This document shows, one piece after another, positions 45,147-58,375 of a stretch of DNA of 64,000 bases. The notes beneath the pieces are model-generated. The model ran no database searches. It saw only the letters and a list, made by a program, of their open reading frames with translations, and was not told the DNA's origin. Each line of letters starts with the position of its first letter. Position 1 is the first letter of the stretch. The DNA comes from Caecitellus pseudoparvulus (taxonomy: Eukaryota; Protista; Bigyra: Bicosoecida): the NCBI GenBank assembly GCA_965644315.1, contig CBFFRQ010000029.1, positions 124,001-188,000 of the forward strand. Direction: 5' to 3'. The position numbers were made by a program, and so were the translations under genes.

Positions 45147-48100
45147 ATGGCTAGCTCTCAGTCACTGTTTGCCACCATCCCTGGCCTGGAGGGCCTCATT
45201 GCCGAGCCGACGCATGCTGCACTTCCGCCAGCCTCGCTGGCTTCAGCTGCAGCTGCCCCGACGCCACCTCGCCCGGTGGCGCCGTCGCCGCCCGGTGGAA
45301 GCCCTTTCCCACCACACCCCACGCCCTCCAGCATGGCGTCAAGGGGAGCCCTGCTGGAGGGCGAAGGCGCCCCCGGTTCAGGGCACAGGGTGGGCAGCCT
45401 GGCCGACCAGCGCGCAGCTGACGCGGCTTCGCTGTCTCCGTCAAAGCAAGCCAAGGAGGATGGCGTCGCAGTGGCCATCTCCTTGTTCTCTGAGGACGAC
45501 GAGTCGAGCCACCTCCTGCAGCGCCGCCTGGCCTTCCTCGCGCCGGGCATGCAAGTGAGTGCACCACACGGCGCCGTGTCCCTCACCTGCTCCCTGCCGA
45601 GGAGCTTCAACGCTTTGCCCTGCCCGCCCCTTCACCTGCGACCTGTTTCCTGCCCAGGTTTGGATCCCCCACCCAGAGCTTTGCTCGCTGTCGGCGCCCC
45701 TGTCCATGGAGCAGTTCATGGGCGCGGAAGCTGCTGCAAGTTTCGCTGGCCGCGGCGACGGTGCCCATGAGAAGCTCGCACGGGCACAGGCCACCATGCC
45801 ACCACGCCTGCAGCAGCTGCAGCGACTGGTGAAGGACAGTGTCACTTCTCCCTTCGATGCTGACGAGCCAGTGTTCGTGCTGGGCACTGTCACGGGGCTC
45901 ATTGCTGGCAGCGCTCTCGTGACGGTGGAAGTGGCACATGCAACGGGGCCGCCTGGCGCCAGCCGCGTGCACGTGCACGCCAGCAAGGTGTGGCCACACA
46001 ACGAGGAGGATTCGACTGGCGTCGACACTGACAACATCATTGACATCAAGTTCTTGCACGAGCCTGCCGTGCTGCACGCGCTCGGGCTGCGCTTCAGCCG
46101 CAACCTGACGTACACGTTCTCCGGCCCCCTGCTCGTGAGCCTGAACCCCTTCCAGGTCTTGCGGGATGCAGGGGGCTTGAGCTTCTACGGGCCGCGGCAG
46201 ATGGCGCGGGTCCGCATGCGGCCCAGCAGCGCGGAGATGGACATGGAGGAGGAGGTGGGGGAGGGCACCGAGCGCACGCCAGCACACGTCTTCTGCATGG
46301 CAGACGACGCCTTCCGCCGCCTGCAAAGGGACGGCGTCAGCCAGAGCATCATCTTCCTGGGCTCAGTTGGGGCAGGCAAGACAGCTGCCATGGTGCAGTG
46401 CCTGTCGTACCTGACTCACCTGGCGGCGCTGGACGCTGTCGTGTTCAACACGCCCCTACTGCAAGCCGCCGACAAAGTGCGCAGCGGCGCAGTGTTGCCG
46501 CCAGGCGCAGACGAAGTCCAGGAAAGTCCAAGGGGGCGCTCCGCCACCGTCTCCGGCGGCATGCGCGCCATCTCCGTGGCCAACCGGCAAACTGACATGT
46601 CCTCCGACGACTACGGCCTGTCCATGTCCCGGCGCAAAGCCACCGTGTCCAGCAAGGGCCGCCTGACAAACTCCCTCATGTCTTCCTCCACGGGGCGCAA
46701 GCTGCTGTCTGGGGGCGTCGGCACCATGTCCCGCAAGCGCCGCCCGTCCTCCCGCCTGTCCATGGCCTTCTACGGCACGTCCCCGGTGGCGGCCAAGCTG
46801 GTGTCCATTGCAGAGGTGCGCAGCAGCATGTCTGCAGCACCCACAGTCGGACACGCCCCGCTCAAGCGTCGGGGGGTGTCTCTGCTTTTCACCGGTGAAA
46901 CGCAGGAGTCCGGAAGTCCGACGCTGCGGCCTTCTGCGTCCCCGACCAAGCCCGGTGCGCCAGGAACAGCCAGCAAGAGCACGAACATCACCAAGAACAA
47001 CCTTGACGCGCATCTGGGCTTTGCTTCTTGGGATTCAGACGAGGGCCTTCTCGCTGCCAAGCGTGCTGAAGCCGTGGCAGCTTCCACCGCTCCAGCAGCG
47101 CCCAGCGCTGGTGTGGGCGTGGCTGGTTCGCAGCCTCGGCCTAGCTCCAGTGACTCATCCCGTGCCAAGGGCTCTGAAGGGGACGCAGCGGCGGCGTCTG
47201 GCTACAGTGCTGCCCTGCACAGCTCTCGCGTCCCCGACGAGCTGCCCATGCTGACACAGAGCCACGAGCACCGGCTGCTTGCAGTGCCTGGGGCGCTGGA
47301 CCCCATGGGCACCGCCAGCGGCCCCGGCCCCAATGCCTCTTCTCGCTATGGCAGCATCATCCGCGTCTTCTTCCGGCAAGGTGCGACTGTGGCAGATCCG
47401 GCCTCCATTGCTGACTACGAGCTTGATGCGGAGGGCAGGGTTGTGCCCGCCCCCAACTGCAGCGTGGGGCTCGTCCGAGGTGCCGTCGTGGACACCTTGC
47501 TCCTGGAGCGTGCCCGGGTGACCACACACACGTCGCTGGGCGATGTCGCAGGGGACACAGCGGCTGCGTGCAGGGCACTGGCCGCCGCGCTGTGTCGGGC
47601 CCCAGCTGCAGGGTCGGGGCAATCCCCATCAGAGTGGAGCGTCGACGAAGCGTTCCCGCTTACCCAGGGCGCCACACGCAACTTCAACGTGTTCTACAGC
47701 ATGCTGGGGGGCGTGTCCAGTGAGACGCGTGCTGCGCTGCACCTGCCCATGTCGCCGCTGCAGTCCGGCGCCTTGACGCCGCTTCCCGTGCGCATCCTCC
47801 TCCTGCAGTGCTTGTGGTGGACGTCCCTGTCCCAGGTGCACGCGGCTGTGGCCAGTTCAGGCCGTGGTCCTGCAGATGCCGCCCCGCTCTTGCACAGTGC
47901 GCTGAAAGCAGTGACCACCAGCTTCATTCAGGGCCGTGTGCTGTCTGATGCCGCGCCCAAGTTGACTCCCCTGCCCATTGGCGTGACCCGTCTGGCGCAC
48001 GATGGCGTCACACCTCTCGACACCCCTGATGCCGAAGCAGCCAAGCGACAGCGTGAGCTGCTTGCCGCATGGGCTGGGCCGCCATCGCATGCGGCCAGTG

Positions 48101-51100
48101 CTGCCTGGTCAGCCTGGTTGGCTTCTTTGGAGCGACTTGGCATGGGGCAGGCCCAGGCTGTGCAGCGGGTCTTGGCCGCCATCGTGGCCCTGTCAGAGGT
48201 GGAGTTCACGGAGGGGGCGGGGGACGACGGAGCGCGAGTCATCACCGGCCCCAGCGTGCCGGCAGGCACCCCCCACACCATCCCTGCGCCGTCTTTGGAG
48301 GAGGCAGCCGAGACGGCTGCTTCGTCAGCAGCTGCGGCCACTGCCGTGCATGTGTCCAACTCGGTGCAAGCTGGTGGTGGGGTGGTGTCTCCTGCCACCA
48401 TGGCACTGGTGCTGGCAGCCAGGGCAGGGCAGCGCTTTGACGATGCCGCCAGCCTACTGGGCTTGTCTGGGCGGCAACTTGCCGCGGCGCTGACGACCCA
48501 GGCTGTGCGCGTCACCATGGCAGCCGGGCCCCGAGGAGGGGCTGGGCGTGTGCGGGGCAGCACCACTCAGCCCACAGTGCAAGTGCTGAAGGAGCCAGCA
48601 CCCCTCTCGCTGGCGGCGGCCATCGGCCGGCGAGACACCCTCATGCAGCACTTGTATGCGCGCGTGTTTGGATGGGTGGTGCGGTCTGCCAATGCGTGCC
48701 TGCAACCACAGGGTGGCCCCGCCATGGTGGCTGCGGCCGCCACCGGGGTGCCAACCCTGGACCTGTCCCCCCTGCCGCGGACTGTCCCAGACATGTACCG
48801 CCGCAACCTGCAGTACGTTGCCCTCGTGGACATGCCGGGGTGGGAGTGCTGCAACTCTGCTGCCGGCGGAGGTGTGTTGGGAAACACCTTCCACCAGCTC
48901 TGTGTCAACTACAGCGCGGAGCTGCTGGAAGAGGCCTTCACGCGCTTCGCCATCCGGGCGGAGGAGAACGTGTACGCAGCGGAAGGCATCAGGTTCAAGC
49001 CAGTCGTGTACCCCGGCAATGCCAGCATTCTCGAGGTGCTGGACCGGCCCTCCGTCGGCATCATGCCGTTGCTGGAGGAGGCAGCCCGCTTCGCACGTGC
49101 TTCTGACGAGTCCCTCGCACGCAAGGTGGCGGCAACACACAAGCGGTCGCTGGCTGGTGTGGCGCCGCCGCCAGATGTCGTGACGAGCGCACGCCTGGAG
49201 GCAAGGGTGCTGCGGCGCCCCCCGCCCCTGCTCTTCACTGTGCGCCACACCCACGCAGACGTCACGTACAACTTGCGAGGAGCCCTGCAAGACCACCGCG
49301 GGGAGCTGGACGCGGACCTGTCCCTGGCTCTGCAGTGCTCTGATTGGGAGTGGATGGCCACTTTGATGCACGACGAGGACGCGCCTGGGCGAGAGGCCGC
49401 GCGGGTGCCGCCCTTGGAAAGCCCCGCCTTCCCCCTCACCCTCATCGGCGACGACAACACCCTGGACACGGCGAGCGGTGTGCCACCTCCTGATGTTGCC
49501 CCAGGCGGTGGGCCTGCTCGCCGAACGCGGCGCCCAAGCCTGGCTGGAGTGCAAGGCGCGGGCTCGGGCGGCAGCGCCACGCAGATGACTGTGGGGGCTC
49601 GGTTCCGTGCCGGCATCAACAACGCGCTGAACCTCGTGGCCAGCCCCAGCGTGAAGCCGTCTTTCGTGCGGTGCCTGCTGCCCAACCCCCACCATGCTGC
49701 TGGGCGCTTTGACCCGGGGCACGTCGTGCAGCAGCTGCGCGTGTCAGGTGTCGTGCCTGCGCTCACGCACCGCCACTCAGGCTACGTCTTCAACACCACC
49801 TTCACTGACTTCTACGAGCGCTTCATCATCACCATTCCATCAGGCTCCACCCTCACGCGTGTAGCGGCGGCGCTGCCTGCTGCGGAAGGGGCTGCGTTGA
49901 CCAGCTTGGCGCGGGAGCTGCCACCCTTCCTGCCACCCAGAGCAGACACGAAGAAGCTGTGTGAGCAGCTGTTGCAGGCGTTGTGGCTGGCGTACCCAGA
50001 CTCGCTGGGCAAGTACAGTCTGTCGCAGCAGGTGCAGGCAGGGTCCACAAAGCTGTTCACACGCAAAGAGGCTATTCAGGAGCTTGAGGCGCTTCGGGAG
50101 ATGGCGCTGCAGGAGATGGATGCGGCTGCCCTTGTCCTGCAGCATCACTTGTACGGGCACGCTGTGCGGGCACAATTCGCCAAGGGCAAGGCGCTGGTGG
50201 TGACGCTGCAATCCTTGCACCGTATGCGGGTGGTGCGGCGGTCTTACCGGCGGCACCGCGCCGCAGCCATCATGATCCAGCGCCGGGTCAAGTCCTGGCG
50301 CGCCCAGAAAGACTACCTCGCCCTGCGCAACGCAGTGCAGAGCCTGAAGCAGAAGTGGATCGCTGTGCACATGCACGCAAGGTGGCTGCGTGTGCGCCGC
50401 ACCCTGCGCCGCATGCATGCGCTGGCATTAGGCTTTTTCATTCGCACAGACATGGCGCGGCGGCAGAACTCCGTCCGTGTCTTGCAGGCGGCGGCCAGGT
50501 CATTCCTGCGGCGTAACCGCCTGTTCTGGGCCAAGGTGCACGGTGCCCTGCTCGTGCAGGCTGCATACCGCGGGCATGCGTGGCGCAGTCGGCACCGCCC
50601 CCTGGTGGGCTACGTCCGGCGCCGGGTAGTGGCTGTCCTGCTCAGCTTGCGCCTCGTGCGCGCCCAGGCTGCGTGGCGTGGCTGCCTTGCACGGCGCACC
50701 TTCCAGCGCCTGCGCCGTGCCGCTGTCACACTGCAGCACTGGGTGCGTGGCGCGCTGTACGAGCGGGGGTACGCCGTTGTGCGAGCTGCCGCCCCCATGA
50801 TCCAGCGGGCAGTGCGGCGGCATCTGTCCCGGCGTGGCTTCCGCCAGCGGCAGGAGGCGCACCACATTGCCGCTGCTGCCTGGCGCGTGAAGCGTGTTCG
50901 GGAGCGGGAGCTCAAGGCCCTCGCGCAGTACGGTCTGCATTGCGAGGCGGTGGACGATGCCAAGCGCAGCGTTTTGGCTGCGCGGCGGTACGCTGCCCAC
51001 CTGTCCGAGGCGACGAGGGACAAGTTTTTCACGGGCACCTCCGCTGGCCGGCAGCAGGATGGCGTGGGGCACGACTTTTACCTTGCCCGAGACTCCTTCC

Positions 51101-54100
51101 TGCTGGACGTGGACGCTGTGGGGGACGTCAGCGAGGTGTACCCCAAGGGCTGGACGCACAGCATGGCATCCCTTGACCTGTGGCTGAGAGCACACGCCGG
51201 GCACGTGGCTGGCCTCGCTGTGGGCTCTTCCCACACCGTCGTCCTGTCCTCCACGGGGCAGGTGTACACGTTTGGATGGGGCGATGAGGGGCAGCTGGGC
51301 CAGGGCTACGTTCTGGATGACGCCGTGGAAGACGCAGACGTGCCCGGCCTGACGGAGGCGGCAGAGGGCAAGGCGCCCGCGTCACCTGACTCCCCCCGCC
51401 GCAGGAAGGGCGTCTGGCGCGGGCGATACCATGAGACGACGGTGTCCCGCGCAGCCAAGATGGCGCCGCTGTTGCCGCCTGCCCCTGGCAAGTCACTGGA
51501 GGCCACTGGGTTGGCGTCACCCCACTTTAAGGATACCCTGCGCAGCTCAGCTCCCCTGGGATCAGATACTGGAGCCTTTCGGGGCCAGGACCCTCGTGCT
51601 GGCTGGGGTGCTGGCGTCCTGGCGTCAGCCCCCTCTGGGCGAGGCAGTGCTGGGCAGAGTTTGCGCCCCAGCGTCGTGGCAGGCGGCATGGGCGGCGTGG
51701 GCATGGTGACTCTCACCCCAAGAGGCGGCGCTGTCGGCAGCGACAGTGACGAGGAGTGGCACCCCGCCTCAGGGGTGGGGAAGGGATACACTGTGAGCGG
51801 CAGTCGGGACACGTCCCTCCGCCCTGCACGCGGCATCATCCCCTCGCGGCGTGCTCGGGAGGCATTGGGTTTCGGCCCCGACGCCGCATCCCTGGACTCC
51901 GTCGGCTTCGCGTATGGGGAAGAGTTCTCGTCTGGTTTCTCGGCAGGCGGCTCCGGCGCAGCAGTCGGGGGAGCGGCTGGCACTCTGGCTTCCACAGGAG
52001 GCACCCTGGAGGGGGCTGCGGGAGGGGGCGGCCTGTCCGCTCTGCGCCGGCGCACGGCAGGCGTGACAGCCTCAGGCCGCAGCCTGTCGCCCCCCCCTGC
52101 CCTGCGTTCTGCGCCAGGCTCACCCGGCGCCTCACTTCGACCCCGCCACAGCGCCAACGCCCTGTACCGAGGGGACAGCACTGCGCAGCCCTTGCCCGTG
52201 CGGGGAGGCAGCAGCCCGGATGGGGCTGCCGGTGGCGTGGACGTGGGGTACGATGCCCTGCTGCAGAGTGGGCTGCATCCGCAGAGCCCTGTCCGTCGGG
52301 CGCTCGTGGACAGCATGGCCCGCCCAGGTCTGGAGGCCACGCTGCATGGGATGGGGCACACAGACGTGGCCGCCTCCGAGCGTGCCAGGCGCCAGGCAGG
52401 GCAGGGCCAGGGCCTTGACCAGGCGTACTTTGAGCCGACTGGCACGCCGTCCACCTCCCGCACACGCCGGCAGCGGCGCAACTCTTGGTCATACTCCCCG
52501 TGGCTGGCTGAGCTGCGCGGAGGGGAGGGCGCGGAAGGGGTGCCCGGCGCGCCGCAGGCAGATGCTGTTCTGGACATGACCGGCGCGCCGCCACCTGGCG
52601 CTCAAGGGGCGAGCAGGCGTGGGCGCCAGGGCGTGTCGAAGCGCCTCCCTGGTAAGACTCTGGCAGCGCTGAACGCTCCCCGGCGCCGCATCAAGTACAG
52701 CTCAGGGCTGCACGATCCTCGCATGGTGACTGCGCTGCGCTTCGAGCCGGGCGCCGTGCGGCGCCCCCTCTTCTCCCTCAACGACGGCGTGAAGATCAAG
52801 GCCATCGCAGCTGGCGCAGAGCACACACTGTGCCTGAGCGAGGCAGGGCGCGTGTTCGCATGGGGCTGCAATGCGGTGGGGCAGTTGGGGCTTGGCGGCG
52901 ACAGCGAGGCGGCTCTGGCGCGCACACGGGGCCCAGACGCCCCCGTGACGTCTGCAGGCCCCCCAATCGACACCTGTGCAGAGCCGGCAGAGGTTGCCGG
53001 GTTGCACGGTCATGGCATCGTGTCCATTGCAGCTGGTCGGTACCACTCCTTGGCAGTCACCAAACGGGGGCAGGTGTTCACATGGGGGCGTGGCTGTGAC
53101 TGTGGGCACGGCAAGGGCTACGCTGCCGGACAGGGCAAGGCAAAGCCACAGGGCCGAACTGATGATGTCAAAGGCTCCGCGCCGCCAGCAGAGAGCCTGG
53201 AGGCCCGGCGAGCCGCGCGTGCTGCGCGCACTCGAGGTTGGGCCACGCGCCCACGCGGCACGCGCAGCAGTCGCCAGCGCGAAGCCCTCGCTCGCAAGAA
53301 GGCCTCCCGCTCGCAAACGCACGCCGTGAAGGCTGGCGTGGGCGGCTTCAGCGCGGGCTGTGCGCCAGGCGCAGCGGAGGAGGAGCAAAAGGCTGCGCCA
53401 GGAGCGCAGGCTGAAGCCAGTTCTGGCTTCGCGACCGAGGCTGCCTTGCGGGGCATCCCCCACTTCTACACCCCCACACTTGTGCGGGGCATGGCCTCGC
53501 AGGTGGTCACGTCGGCGCAGTGCGGCGTGGGCGTGACTGCCTGCCTCACAGTGCACGGCAGGGTGTACGTGTGGGGTCCCGGCTGGGGCCGCAGTGCTGC
53601 AACAGCTGTGAAAGTGGCCGTGCAGGAGGCAGGCTACGGCAGCGGCGAAGCAGAGGCGGCAGCCCGGGAGGCAGCTGAGCGCGCGGCAGCAGGGGAGGCA
53701 GTGGCTCCGCTGCAGCCAACGGCGACGCCGCTGTGTGTGTGGCCCCTTGGCGCGGGGGGTGCCGCTGACAAGAAGGGGTACGAAAGCGTGCTGCCTCGCG
53801 GCCACGGGCGTGGGGGGCGGTGGGACCAGTTCAACGCGCGAGTGCAAGGCGACGAGCCAGAGGAGGGGAGCCAGTCTGCCTCGCCGCCAGCAGTGGCTCC
53901 TGGACAGAGCTCCAACCACAAACGCTGGGCCGGCCGTGCCGTTGAGCTCGCGGTGGGTGGGCGGCACATGCTGCTGCGAACGTCCAAAGACGGCGTGTGG
54001 GCCTGGGGCGTCAACTCCGAGCACCAGTGTGGCGTGCCCGAGGCAGGTGCCGTGGTGTCTGCGCCGCGCCCCGTCACTTCTCTGTGTGGAAAAGGCGTCC

Positions 54101-57100
54101 TGCGCCTGGGGGCTGGGTGGCGCCACAGCGTGGCCATCACTGGAGACCACCGGGTATGGACGTGGGGGCACGTGTCACCCAGCTTGCTGCCGCGGCACCC
54201 ACGCTCCGCATTTGCCATTGGGGCCACCGTGTCCACGACAGGCCACGCGCACGTGCCCAAGGGGGCTGGTCGCCGTCGGGCACCAGCGCAGCTTCCCGCG
54301 CCTCCTGCGCCCGCCACCAACCGCCAGCGAGCCGCCGCTCGCCGTGCCAAGTTGGCTGCCGTGCAGTCCTCGAAGAAGGACCTCCTTGCCCGCAGTCTGC
54401 TGACATCCTTCATGGCAGGCGTACAACCAGTGGATGACGCAGCAAGGGGAGCTGCGGGGGGTCGTGGCCAGCAAGCACACCTTAGTCGGGAGGACGAGTT
54501 GGCTCGGCACATTTACGAACACATGATCGCTGGTGATGCTGCACAGGAGCACGCAGAGGCAGCAGGCGCGCAGGGGGTGGCGTCCGATGCGCCTGCCGAT
54601 GACGAGCAGGCAGAAGTGGTGGACGAAGTGGCGGATGAAGGCGGCTACGCACCTCTCGCAGTGGACCACACGCATGTCGTGGTGGCCATGCCCACTCGGG
54701 TGCCCTTCGTCACCAAGGCACGGCATGCCATCGACGTCACATGTGCTGCTGGCCCAAGTCTCAGCGTCACAGTGCTCGGCTACGAGCAGCTGCTGCTGCA
54801 GAACTCGTCCTTGGACGATGACAGTGACAGCGACCCAGAGTGGGGCGCAGCTGGCGGGCTGGACCCTGAGGACGTCGTGGATGGTGCGGTTGCAGACGGG
54901 GATCTGCTGTCTGCTGTCGCCGAGACGGAGAGTGCTGAGGCTGCTGCCGCGGCGGCGTCCACCCGGCGGGGCTCCTTTGTGGACGCCCAGCGAGCAGCCA
55001 TGGTGCGGCGAGCCCACGACGAAGCGGGAGACAGCCCGGGTAAACCTTGGCCCCTCGCATCCCCTGACTTGCGGGGGGGCGACGAGGAGGCTCGTGGCAA
55101 CGCCGCCACCGTCACGTCAGGGGGCGTGCACCCCCACGCGAACGCGACAGGAGGCGTCCTCGCCTTTGTCGGCGTGGACCGCTTCACCCGTGTCAGCACA
55201 CACGATGTGCGCAAGCCGGGCGCTGTGTGGATGACAGGGAAGGGGCAGGGAGCAGCTGCCCCGCCGGACGTGTCTGCTGCCACGGCGGCAGCGAACGCCA
55301 CTGTGGCAGAGCTGTCCACCGCACTGCTGCCCCCCGGCATGACCCTGGCGCAGGCCCAAGAGCAAGTACGCACCGACCGTGCGGCGCGCACTGCACTCTT
55401 GGCAGCCCAAGCTGAGCAGGTGGATGTCATGCGGCACTTCAAGCTGTCCCCCACGCAACGGGCACTTGGCATCCTTGAGGCTGCCCGAGTGCCGCCTGAG
55501 GAAGCCGCAGAGGGGGACACGCAGACAGAATCCCGGCTGGGCATGCCTCCTCGCATCGACCTCAGCAGGGTGCCCCCCATCAGCGACCTGGCTGTGGCGA
55601 CGGCGCTCGCCTTCATCGTGGATGCCAAGGCATACGGCGTGGCAGCCGCGGAGGCCGCCGCGCGCATCGCCGGCGCTGGCAGTCTGCACCTGGCACCTGT
55701 GCCTCCCCTGAGCATTTTGCTCTCAGCGTGGAGGCGGCAGGCGTCGGAGAGTGGTCGCAAGCTGGACGCCGCGACACGGTCTAGCCCCCATGCACTGGCG
55801 CCAGACACGGCAGCTCAACTGCTGGAGCTGGTGTGTGCGTGCCCCGCTGGCGGATGCCTGCAGGCGCAAGGTCTGGCCGTGTTCGGGCAGGTTGGGCGGG
55901 AAGCCGACACGCCCTTCTTTTACGGTGACGGCAGCAAACCTGTGACGCTTGGCCAGCGGCGCATGAGCCTGCTGCCCATTCGGGACCTGCTGACGGGCCG
56001 AGCAGTGATGGCAGCTCGGGTGAGCCGCCTGGCGCTGCGCTTGTGGACGGTCAGGCGCCTGGCCAAGGCAACTGCCAGTGCTGAGCTGGCCCTGGTCAGT
56101 GCAAAGGGGTCCCCTGGCAGTGCGGGGGGACGCCCCGCGGGCAGCCCGCCTCGGTGGGCCACAGCGCCCCTGACGCCTGCCCAATTGGTGCCAGAGCTGC
56201 CCCCTTCCTTGCTCAGTTCGCCCCCACCAGCGTCCGCATCAACACGCCAGTCTGCTGTGCCTGATCGCCGTGACTCAATCATCGCTCTGGCGGCTGGCGC
56301 CATGGCCGCGGAGGCGGGGCGGTCAAGCACCATCCAGGCCCACACCCTGCTTGGGGGAGACGTGCCTGTCTCCCGCATTGTGCAGCGCGATTGGCGCATG
56401 GCAGCGCTGTTCACACCCCACTCCCTGCTGCCCTTCACCTGCCACATCCGCATTCGGGGCCGCAGCCGCGAGGGAGCTGCCTTTGACTTGGAGCGGGAGA
56501 CTGCTGTGAAGGCCCTGGTGCTGCAGAGGGAGGCCGCCTTGGCGACACATGCGTTCCTGCTGCAGCGCCTGCTGCAAGAGCGCCGGGTGGGGGTGCTGGG
56601 CGCAGGCAAGCTTGGACCCGAGGGCAGCGACTTCAGGCGGCGCTTGCTGTCCCGGGCGCGCGCCCCGCCGCCCCAGCCCGCCCCACGCAAGAAGCCCGCA
56701 CGCGTCTCCGTGCCCATGCCTGCACCTGTGGCACCTGTGCCCGCCCCCGAGGCGGCATCTGGGGACCGAGACACGAGCACCAGCAGCCACATCAGCCTGC
56801 GCAGCTCTTCCAGCCAGTTGGAGTCGCACAGCAGTGACGAGGCCCCCACACAGGAGCAGGAGCAGGTTGCCCAGGGCAACGTTGGAGAGGCACAGGCTCC
56901 CGTGGGGCGTTCTGGCATCGCCCTTCCCACCCGGGAGCGCAGGTTCGTGGACAGTGCCATGTCTGCCGACATCTCCAGTCGCGTGCGACGCGCCATCTCC
57001 AGCACCGCCGGCGTGTCGCCGCAGCAGTCCAGCCCTGACAGCTCCAGCGCCTTGGTGCAGTCCACGGCAGACATCGTTGCACGTGCAGCAGCGAGAGCCG

Positions 57101-58077
57101 CGGCGGCGGCCGATGAGCTGTGGAATGCCCCCGCAAAGACGGGCACTTCCCCTGAGGCTCGCCTTGCGAGTTCCATGGCTGCCTCTGCAGCACACTTCGA
57201 GGCGACCAAGCCGCCTCCAGCCCCAGCTGGTGCGGCAGCCTCCTTCAGCCACACCTTTGGAAGCACATTTGCAGGCGGCGGGGGCCCCGCCCCTCCGCCG
57301 TCGCCGACAGACAGCCTGGAGCGGGACCTTGACAACACCGCCGGGCCTCTGAGCCGCGGCGACCTGGCAACGCCCGCCCAACACCAGGCGTTTGGCGACT
57401 CTCTCCTGTCTGCCGCCGGCACCCGGCGATCAGCCGACTCTCTCGGCGAGGAAGAGGAGCCAGAGCCCCCTCGCCCCATCCCTGTGCCCACCGCATCTCG
57501 CCTGCAGCCAGCCCGTCGAAACGGGCGGCGACATGGTGCTGGCAGGAAGCACCTTGCGTCCCCAGCGCCGACGAAGATCCCCCAGCACAAGCGCACAGGG
57601 GGTGGCTATGCCTTGCCAGGCACTGGCCGTGGCGCTTCGCCTGCTCCCCCCGGCAGCAGCCCACCACGTCTCACTCACCGGGGGCCCGCCACCGGCATGG
57701 GTGATGGTGTGGACGGCCCGGTGATGGGTGACGCGCCTCGACGCCCCGTCACGTCCCCAGGGGCCTCCAAGGCCGCCTCCACGCAGAGGGCCGACAGCCC
57801 TCTGTGGAACCCCGGTGGCAGCTACCTGAATGCGTACCGAACTGGGGCCCCAACGGCGGCGCTGCCGGGACAGGGCCATGGGCGCACGTCTTCCCGTGGC
57901 TCCCCCTCGCGAGACCGGGAGGTGGGGGAGTGGGGCAGCCCGCCGCCTCCGAGGACATCCCCCCCCAGGCAGCGCGCGGATGAGGACCTGCTGCGCACCT
58001 TGCACCAGTCCAGTGCCGCGACCATGCGAGCAGTGGCCCACTCTGACGCCCGGCACGGCACACCAGCTCGCCGGTGA
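45147..58077 (+). CDS. Giant unconventional myosin: divergent head, about 8-10 IQ motifs, RCC1/ATS1-like repeats, long disordered tail
   Basis: Head: LHEPAVLHAL..RF....YTFSGPLLVSLNPF, PAHVF, P-loop GSVGAGKT, SSRYG, LLERARV, RNFNVFY, LVDMPGWE, QLCVNY, FTVRH...VTY, FVRCLLPN, QQLRVSGV. IQ region about 50110-50830. RCC1 repeats AVGSSHTV..VYTFGWGDEGQLG, IAAGAEHTL..VFAWGCNAVGQLG, IAAGRYHSL..VFTWG, GAGWRHSV..VWTWG. Intron 45555-45657. Confidence 0.9.
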
Positions 58078-58375
58078 TGGGCAACCGCCCAGCCGAGCAA
58101 ATACACTGTCTCAGTAAATCCCAGCACACCACACCCTGTGCTCAGCTTGTGCAGCTCTGTGGGCTGCCATACTTTCCAGGATTTCACTCCCCGGCCTCGT
58201 CCGTCAGGGTCTGGCGCTTGTCTGGAAGGCAGAGTCGTCGCTTGCGACGAGCGCTGTGCCAAGCGCTGCTTTGCCACCGGTCCGTGCGCGGCACCCTGGC
58301 AGGCTCCGAGGCGCAAGGTGCGGAAGAGGGCATTGGAGTGGCTGACAAGGCCGCGTCAACCCCCCCTGCTCAAGC

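Noticed and set aside
40894-57596. Many long antisense or alternate-frame ORFs (e.g. 40894-42462 +, 52702-54171 -, 55920-57596 -)
   Set aside because: They are shadows of GC-rich coding sequence on the opposite strand and contain no independent protein motifs.
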